Origin: Mycobacteriales bacterium
GTDB taxonomy: Bacteria > Actinomycetota > Actinomycetes > JAFAQI01
DNA: 64,000 nt
Assembly (NCBI GenBank): GCA_035690365.1
Contig: DASSKP010000034.1
Span: 9,209 to 73,208 of the forward strand
Direction of reading: 5' to 3'
The position numbers and the translations under genes are program-made. The notes below the pieces were generated by a model. The model worked only from the letters and a program-made list of their open reading frames with translations, made no database searches and was not told the DNA's origin. Shown here in pieces: positions 8,440-14,956 of this stretch (position 1 is its first letter; every line of letters begins with the position of its first letter).

Positions 8440-10107
8440 ATGGCGAACCTGACCCGACGGTTCAACCAGCGGATCCCGATGCGCGACGGCGTGACGCTCG
8501 CGGCCGACCTCACGCTCCCGGCCGAGCTGCCGGCGCCTGCCGTGGTCCTCCGGACGCCGTACGGCAAGACCGGCGAGCTGCAGAACAAGCGGGCCGAGAC
8601 GTTCGCCGCCGGCGGCTACGTCGCGGTCCTTGTCGACGTACGCGGTCGTGGAGACTCCGACGGGGAATTCACGCCGTACGCCGCCGACGGTCCGGACGGG
8701 TACGACGTCATCGAGTGGGTCGCGTCGCAGGAGTGGTGCACCGGCGCGGTGGCGACGTGGGGCGGCAGCTATGGCGGGCACATCCAGTGGCTGGCGGCGC
8801 TGGAGAAGCCGCCTTCGCTGAAGGCGATGGTGACGCTGGTGACGCCCAGCGACCCATTCGTCGAGAACCCGACGGGGCTGCCGACTCCGATGAGCATCAA
8901 CTGGTTCCGGCTCGTCGATGCGCGAGTGCCGCAGCACACCGACAACGTCGACTGGATGTCGGTCTACGCGCACCGGCCGCTGCTGACGATGGACGAGGCG
9001 GCCGGCTTCGTGTCGGACAACTGGCGCGAGACGTTGCGGCACTCGACGCTCGACGAGTTCTGGGAGCCGCATCGCTATCAGCATCGAATCGCCGAGGTCG
9101 ACGTTCCGGTGCTGCACATCTCCGGGTGGTACGACGACGAGGAGATCGGGACGCCGTTGAACTTCGCGTCGCTCGTGGACGCGGGGCGTGACGGGCAGCG
9201 GCTGCTGATGGGGCCGTGGGGACATCAGGTCAACACCACGCGCAAGCTCGGTGAGGTCGACTTCGGGCCGGACGCTTTGATCGACCTCGACGGGGTGACG
9301 CTGGCGTTCCTCGACGAGCACGTGAAGGGGGAGTCGGAGGCGGTTGCGGCTCCGGCTGCGCCGGTGCGCATCTTCCTGATGGGCGCCAACGAGTGGCTCG
9401 ACGAGCAGTCGTGGCCGCCTGCGGGTGCCGTCGAGCAGACCTGGTGGCTGGCGAGCGAGGGGCGGGCGAACAGTCTGTTCGGCGACGGGCGGCTGGTTTC
9501 GGAGTCGGGGTCGGGGTCGGCGTCGGGTGCGTCCGACACGTGGACGCACGACCCGGACCGGCCGGTGCCGTTCGTCACGGGGGCGAGCTCGTCACAGATC
9601 GGCGGGCCGGATGACTACTACGGCGTCGAGACGCGCGGCGACGTGCTCGTCTACACGTCGGACGTCTTCTCGGAGCCGGTCGACCTGATCGGACCGGTGC
9701 GGTTCGTCGGGCACGTCTCGACGTCGGCTGCGGACGCCGACGTCGTGGCGATGCTGCTCGATGTGCACCCCAACAACTTCGTGCAGCGGCTGTGCGACGG
9801 GATGGTCCGGCTGCGGTTCCGCGACGGTCATCGCTCGCAGTCGGAGGTCCGGCCGGGGGAGTCCTACGCGATCGACATCGCGATGTGGGACACGTGTCAT
9901 CGGCTGCTGCCCGGCCACCGGTTGCGGTTGCAGATCACGGCGTCGGCGTTCCCGAAGCACGACGTCAACCTCGGCACCGGCGGCGACATGATCAGCGAGA
10001 CCGACGGCGTCATCGCCACCCAGACGTTGTGGCACGACGCCGAGCGCCCGTCGCGGCTGGTGGTCACCGCACTCAACAGCGTCAGTAGGCCGCGGCGGCG
10101 CCGGTGA
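8440..10107 (+). CDS. CocE/NonD family hydrolase (X-Pro dipeptidyl-peptidase S15 family)
   Basis: N-terminal MRDGVTLAADL...LRTPYGK, nucleophile motif WGGSYGG, and a C-terminal jelly-roll region (LRLQITASAFPKHD). Confidence 0.85.
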   Translation: MANLTRRFNQRIPMRDGVTLAADLTLPAELPAPAVVLRTPYGKTGELQNKRAETFAAGGYVAVLVDVRGRGDSDGEFTPYAADGPDGYDVIEWVASQEWCTGAVATWGGSYGGHIQWLAALEKPPSLKAMVTLVTPSDPFVENPTGLPTPMSINWFRLVDARVPQHTDNVDWMSVYAHRPLLTMDEAAGFVSDNWRETLRHSTLDEFWEPHRYQHRIAEVDVPVLHISGWYDDEEIGTPLNFASLVDAGRDGQRLLMGPWGHQVNTTRKLGEVDFGPDALIDLDGVTLAFLDEHVKGESEAVAAPAAPVRIFLMGANEWLDEQSWPPAGAVEQTWWLASEGRANSLFGDGRLVSESGSGSASGASDTWTHDPDRPVPFVTGASSSQIGGPDDYYGVETRGDVLVYTSDVFSEPVDLIGPVRFVGHVSTSAADADVVAMLLDVHPNNFVQRLCDGMVRLRFRDGHRSQSEVRPGESYAIDIAMWDTCHRLLPGHRLRLQITASAFPKHDVNLGTGGDMISETDGVIATQTLWHDAERPSRLVVTALNSVSRPRRRR

Positions 10108-11653
10108 GGGCGCGCGGGTCGCTCGCTCCTTCCAGTACGTCGTCCCGGACGGCGATGACATGCGCATGGCCGTAGTTGCCCGGCGCGACCGAGACGTCGT
10201 GACCGCGCAGCTCCAGCCCGGCGAGCCAGCCCGCCGGAGCTGAATCCTCGAGAGCGACCTGCACTCGCCCCCGTTGCTCCCACGTCGAGAAGCCCCCGCC
10301 CGCTCCGGCCTCGGTCAACGCCCAGCGTCCGGCTGCGATCGCGTCTCCCGCCGACTCTCCGTGCACCAGCAACCGCGTGACCAGCTGAAGAAGAATCTGC
10401 GGCTGCGTATCGCCGCCCATCGTCCCGATCACCATGTCGAGCTCACCGCTCGCCCGCGTCACCAGCGCCGGCGACAAGGTGTGCGGTGGCCGCCGTCGCG
10501 GCCCGTACTCCGCCGGATGGCCCGGCACGAGACTGAACCCGATCCCTCGGTTCTGCAGGAAGATCCCGGTCGACGGCTCCGCGATCCGCGCTCCGAAGCC
10601 GGCGGCGTTCGACTGGATCAGCGACACACCCATCCGGTCGCTGTCGACCGCGCAGAGATAGATGGTGCCGCCGGCTCGATAGGAGTCGCCGAGCACCGCC
10701 GCCCGGTCGACCGACACCTGGTCGCGTCGCGCTGACAACCGCCGCGCATCGACCAGAGCCGCGCCGTCCGCGCCCTCGTGCAAGACGTCGACCCGGTCGT
10801 ACGCCGCCATCCGTGCCGCCTCGATCGTCAGATGCGCCCACAAGGCATCGTCCGGATCGTCCGGCAGCGGCAACCCGGATGCGATCCACGCGCCGGCCAA
10901 CGTCAGATAGCCCTGCGAGTTCGGCGGCACCGTCCACAGCCGCCGCCCCCACACGTCGAGACCGAGCGGCGACACCCACTCCGCATCCGAGGTCGCCAGA
11001 TCCGCAGCCGCGTACTCTCCCGCCCCCAGCCGGAGCAGCCCCTCGCCGAACTCCCCGCCGTAGAACCCCTCGCGCCCGTGAGACACGATCGCGTCCAACG
11101 CGCGGCCCACGCCCGGACGTCGTACGACGTCGCCGGCCCGCCGCACGACGGCGAAGTCCTCACCGCCCGGCACATCCGCCACCGACGACGCGACCCACGA
11201 CAGGATCGGCGACGCCGCGAATCCGCCGACGGCGTAACCGCGCGCCGGCGCCAGCACATCACCCAACGGCAGCCGCCCGAAGCGCTCGTGCAACGCCAGC
11301 CAACCGTCGACACACCCCGGCACCGGCACCGCGCGGATGTCGCCGTACGGCGGCATCGACACATGACCGTCCGCCCGCAACCGATCCGCGTCCGCACCCG
11401 AACCACTGCGACCACTCGCGTTCAGCACAGCCGGCGCAGCATCGCCCGGCGAGTGCACCAACGCGAACAGGTCGCCGCCGAGACCGCACATGTGCTGCGT
11501 CGTCACCGCCAGCACGGCGCTCGCCGCAACCGCGGCATCGGCCGCGGACCCACCCGCACGCAGCATGGCGACACCGGCATTCGACGCCAGTGCGTCGACC
11601 GAGCACACCATGCCGTTGGTCGCGAACATGGACGAGTACGGCGCCGAACGCAT
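10082..11653 (-). CDS. ggt: gamma-glutamyltransferase family protein
   Basis: GGSAADAAVAA...CGLGGD N-terminal motif, PPHTLSPALV (nucleophile Thr region) and GTMGGDTQPQ. It begins 5 nt after the upstream S12 gene ends. Confidence 0.85.
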   Translation of the reverse strand: MRSAPYSSMFATNGMVCSVDALASNAGVAMLRAGGSAADAAVAASAVLAVTTQHMCGLGGDLFALVHSPGDAAPAVLNASGRSGSGADADRLRADGHVSMPPYGDIRAVPVPGCVDGWLALHERFGRLPLGDVLAPARGYAVGGFAASPILSWVASSVADVPGGEDFAVVRRAGDVVRRPGVGRALDAIVSHGREGFYGGEFGEGLLRLGAGEYAAADLATSDAEWVSPLGLDVWGRRLWTVPPNSQGYLTLAGAWIASGLPLPDDPDDALWAHLTIEAARMAAYDRVDVLHEGADGAALVDARRLSARRDQVSVDRAAVLGDSYRAGGTIYLCAVDSDRMGVSLIQSNAAGFGARIAEPSTGIFLQNRGIGFSLVPGHPAEYGPRRRPPHTLSPALVTRASGELDMVIGTMGGDTQPQILLQLVTRLLVHGESAGDAIAAGRWALTEAGAGGGFSTWEQRGRVQVALEDSAPAGWLAGLELRGHDVSVAPGNYGHAHVIAVRDDVLEGASDPRALTGAAAAY

Positions 11654-11658
11654 GAGCG

Positions 11659-13044
11659 TCAGTCTGCCGAGGACGACACCTTCGGGTTGGCACGGGCACC
11701 GAAGTGCACGTACTCACTACCGTCCGGCAGCGAGAAGAACACGAAGGGGATCCACGACTCGTCGTCCGGACCCTTCGCGACGAAGACGTCGCCCTCGACC
11801 GGGAGCACCTGCATCGGCTCCGGGTCCTCGCCACCGAGCGCCTCGGACAGCTCGCTCGTCGACCGTACGACGCCCTTGAGCCCGTTGCCTTCGACGGAGA
11901 GCGTCAGCTCGATGCCGTGCCGCGCGTAGCGACCGGCATAGCGCGAGAGGTCGATGCCGGCCGGCGGGGTCGCCGCCGGCTCCAACCGCGGCGGAAGCTC
12001 GACGGACGCGAGCTCGCCGAGGATCTCGTTGGACAGGTCGACGAACAGGTCGCGGGCATGCCCACCGTTGGCGAGCAGGCAGACGGCGACTCCTGCGTCC
12101 GGCACGATGCGCATGAACGCACCCTGGCCGAGAGTCGCGCCGTCGTGTCCGTAGACCGGACGGCCGCTCCACTCCATCAGGATCCAGCCGAGGCCCCAGT
12201 GCGAGCCGAGCGTCCAGCGGTCCGGCACCTCGACCTGGGGCTCGCGCATCGCCTGCGCCGACTCCGCCGACAGCACCCGGGTCCCGTCCGGCGCGACGCC
12301 GTCGGCGAGGTGCAGCTTCGCGAAGGCAAGCGTCTCCGCCGCCGTCGCGTGGATCAGCCCCGCCGGGCCGCAGGAGCGGAAGATGCCCCACATCGGCGTG
12401 ACCGTCAGCTCTCCGCCGGGCGGTGTGATGTGCCCCGTCGCGGCGCGGTGCAGCAGTGCCTCCTCCGGCAAGGTTCCTGCCGTGCGCAGGCCCAGCGGCC
12501 CGAACAAACGCTCGCGCAGCACCTCGTCCCAGGTCTTGCCGCGCAGCACCTCGATCAGCCGGCCGAGCACGATGTAGCCGGAGTTGCAGTAGGACATCGT
12601 CGCGCCGAGCGGGTGGTTCTGCGCGAGGTCCGCGCAAGCGGCGACGTAGCGCTCGACGCAGTCGTCACCGCGACCTGTGTCCAGGAACAGGTCGCCGTCG
12701 ATGCCGCTGGTGTGCGCGAGCAGATGACGCGTCGTCACCGTGCGCGTCACCTCCGCATCGGCGACCCGGAAGTCCGGGAGATACGTCACCACCGGCACGT
12801 CCAGGTCGACGAGACCCTCGTCGACGAGCTGCATGACAAGCGTCGCGGTCCACACCTTGGTGATCGAGCCGATCTGGAACAGCGAGTCGGGCGTCGCCTC
12901 GACGCCGGTGCGGATGTTGAGGACGCCGTACGCCGCCTCGGCGACCTCGTCGCCCTCGAGGACCGCCAGTGATGCGCCGGGCACGCCGTGCTTCTCGGCG
13001 AGCACCGCGAGCCGGTCCCGCCAGCGGTTGATGTCGATCGGCAT
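11659..13044 (-). CDS. serine hydrolase, beta-lactamase-like (peptidase S12)
   Basis: GGGAGGG RBS before ATG 13044. SxxK motif FQIGSITKVWTA, YCNSGY and HDGAT. Confidence 0.85.
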   Translation of the reverse strand: MPIDINRWRDRLAVLAEKHGVPGASLAVLEGDEVAEAAYGVLNIRTGVEATPDSLFQIGSITKVWTATLVMQLVDEGLVDLDVPVVTYLPDFRVADAEVTRTVTTRHLLAHTSGIDGDLFLDTGRGDDCVERYVAACADLAQNHPLGATMSYCNSGYIVLGRLIEVLRGKTWDEVLRERLFGPLGLRTAGTLPEEALLHRAATGHITPPGGELTVTPMWGIFRSCGPAGLIHATAAETLAFAKLHLADGVAPDGTRVLSAESAQAMREPQVEVPDRWTLGSHWGLGWILMEWSGRPVYGHDGATLGQGAFMRIVPDAGVAVCLLANGGHARDLFVDLSNEILGELASVELPPRLEPAATPPAGIDLSRYAGRYARHGIELTLSVEGNGLKGVVRSTSELSEALGGEDPEPMQVLPVEGDVFVAKGPDDESWIPFVFFSLPDGSEYVHFGARANPKVSSSAD

Positions 13045-13134
13045 GACGTCCCTCCCGAAGGTCTGTCCTCTCACTCTGCCGAGGCACCGCGAGAAACGCG
13101 TCGTCGCATCCGCCGAACCTCACCGGAGCATCCC

Positions 13135-13197
13135 GTTGAGTGCGACGAACGGGCCCCTCTCCGGGTGGGAGATAGGGGCTCGAACGTCGCACTCAAC
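13135..13197. other. 63-nt nested hairpin / inverted repeat in a divergent intergenic region
   Basis: Perfect 13-bp outer arms: GTTGAGTGCGACG (13135-13147) and CGTCGCACTCAAC (13185-13197). They enclose an inner stem of about 13 bp (13150-13162 with 13168-13182, 2-nt bulge, 5-nt loop). Confidence 0.6.
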
Positions 13198-13336
13198 AGG
13201 AGGGAGAGGGGTCCGATTTCCGCCAGTGTCGGCATCCTCGCCGGCGTGCGGACTCGTGTCTCGGCTGCTTCACGTTCGCCATCGGGCGTGCCTGACCCTG
13301 GGCGACGGGACGCAACCGCGCGGTTATCGTCGTGAG

Positions 13337-14230
13337 GTGCCAGACACTCAGTACGCCGCTGCCAACGGGCTGAAGCTCGCCTACGAGACGTTCGGTTCTC
13401 CCGACCAACCCCCGGTGCTGCTCATCATGGGCCTGGGCACGCAGATGATCGCGTGGCCGGACGAAATGTGCGAGCAGATCGCGGATCGCGGCTTCTACGT
13501 CATTCGCTACGACAACCGCGACATCGGCCTGTCGACCCATCTCGACGAGCTGCCGACGCCGTCGATGCGCGACATCCTGTTGCGCCGCAGGCCGCCGTAC
13601 AAGGTCAGTGACATGGCCGCCGACGGCGTCGCACTCATGGACGAGCTCGGCATCGACTCGGCACACGTCGTCGGTGCGTCGATGGGCGGCTTCATCGCGC
13701 AGATCATCGCCGGCAAGTACCCCAACCGTGTCCGCAGCCTGACGCTGATCATGACGTCCACCGGTTCGAGGCTGGTCGGTCATCCGCGCCCGCAGCTCAT
13801 CCGCCACCTGTTCACGCGCCGTGTCATCAACGACCGCTCCGATGCCGAGCAGGCCGTCATCGAGACGTTCGCGCTGATCGGGTCGAAGGGCTACGCGCTC
13901 GACGAGGAATACCTCCGCGATCTCGCCGGCCGCAGCTACGAGCGCTCGCTCGACCGGCGCGGCTACCTGCGCCAGCTCGCGGCCGTGATGGCGCAGCGCA
14001 ACCGCACGAAGTTCCTGCGCGACATCAGGGTGCCGACGCTGGTCATGCACGGGCTCGACGACCCGCTGGTCAACGTGAGCGGTGGTCTGGCGCTCGCGAA
14101 GCACATTCGCGGCGCGCAGTTCGTCGGCTTCAAGGGCATGGGTCACGACCTGCCGAGAGAGCTGTGGCCGCGGTTCGCCGACGAGATCTGTGCGATCGCC
14201 GCACGTGGCGAAAAGGTTCCGACGCCCTGA
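13337..14230 (+). CDS. alpha/beta hydrolase
   Basis: NGLKLAYETFG...PVLLIMGLG, nucleophile elbow VVGASMGG, and C-terminal MGHDLP. The start is uncertain (GTG 13337 or in-frame GTG 13256). Confidence 0.8.
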   Translation: MPDTQYAAANGLKLAYETFGSPDQPPVLLIMGLGTQMIAWPDEMCEQIADRGFYVIRYDNRDIGLSTHLDELPTPSMRDILLRRRPPYKVSDMAADGVALMDELGIDSAHVVGASMGGFIAQIIAGKYPNRVRSLTLIMTSTGSRLVGHPRPQLIRHLFTRRVINDRSDAEQAVIETFALIGSKGYALDEEYLRDLAGRSYERSLDRRGYLRQLAAVMAQRNRTKFLRDIRVPTLVMHGLDDPLVNVSGGLALAKHIRGAQFVGFKGMGHDLPRELWPRFADEICAIAARGEKVPTP

Positions 14231-14309
14231 CCTGAGGTCAGCCGGGGTTTCGCTCACACTGCGCGCCGGGTATGCGCGGTTTGAGTCGAATTGTTCCCCG
14301 GAGGTCGTC

Positions 14310-14936
14310 GTGACAAAGCCGTCCCGCATTTCCCGCGAAGAGCTCGCCCGCGAGAGCGCCACTGCCCTCCCGGACAAGGAAGTCCTCTCGCTGCTCGACC
14401 TCAACGCGAACCTCGACCTCGCGCTGGACGCTGCCGCACCGATCGACCTCGCCATCGGTGCCAACGCCAACATCGCCGCGCCGATCGAAGCGGCCGCGAG
14501 CGCCAACGTGCTGTCGCCGGACGCCATCTCTGCGGCGCAGGGTCAGCAGGCGACGGCCATCGACCAGACCATCACCGGCGACGCGACGGCGCACGGTCTG
14601 CAGGACAGCACGATCAACCAGGGCGCGACGACCGGCGACACGACGCAGCCGGTCGACCCGGCGACCACGAGCACCACCGGGTCGCTCACCGACGGCAACC
14701 TGCTCGACGTCAACGTCAACCTCAACGGCGACCTCAACCTGGCCGCGCCGATCGACGGCGCGGTTGCGGCCAACGCCAACGCCGCTGCGCCGATCGACGC
14801 GGCCGTGTCGGCCAACATCGACTCGCCGGGTGCGGAGTCCGTGGCCGTCGCCGACCAGACCGCTCTCATCGACCAGAGCATCACCGGCGACGCCACCGCG
14901 GTCTCCGACCAGGTGTCCAACATCGCCCAGCCGTGA
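14310..14936 (+). CDS. Cys-free Ala/Asn/Asp-rich protein with an internal duplication, unknown function (candidate protease substrate or precursor)
   Basis: GGAGG lies 5 nt before GTG 14310. The protein is 208 aa with no signal peptide and high GC3. Two units of about 78 aa each read LLD(L/V)N...AAPID...ANANxAAPI(E/D)AA(A/V)SAN...IDQ(T/S)ITGDATA. Confidence 0.75.
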   Translation: MTKPSRISREELARESATALPDKEVLSLLDLNANLDLALDAAAPIDLAIGANANIAAPIEAAASANVLSPDAISAAQGQQATAIDQTITGDATAHGLQDSTINQGATTGDTTQPVDPATTSTTGSLTDGNLLDVNVNLNGDLNLAAPIDGAVAANANAAAPIDAAVSANIDSPGAESVAVADQTALIDQSITGDATAVSDQVSNIAQP

Positions 14937-14956
14937 CGGGCGGCTAGCCGCTTCCG

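Noticed and set aside
12740-13336. N-terminal extension of 199 codons on the alpha/beta hydrolase ORF, and the 12988-13335 ORF.
   Set aside because: The extension runs antisense through the S12 hydrolase gene and the structured intergenic element. Homology to alpha/beta hydrolases begins near 13337.
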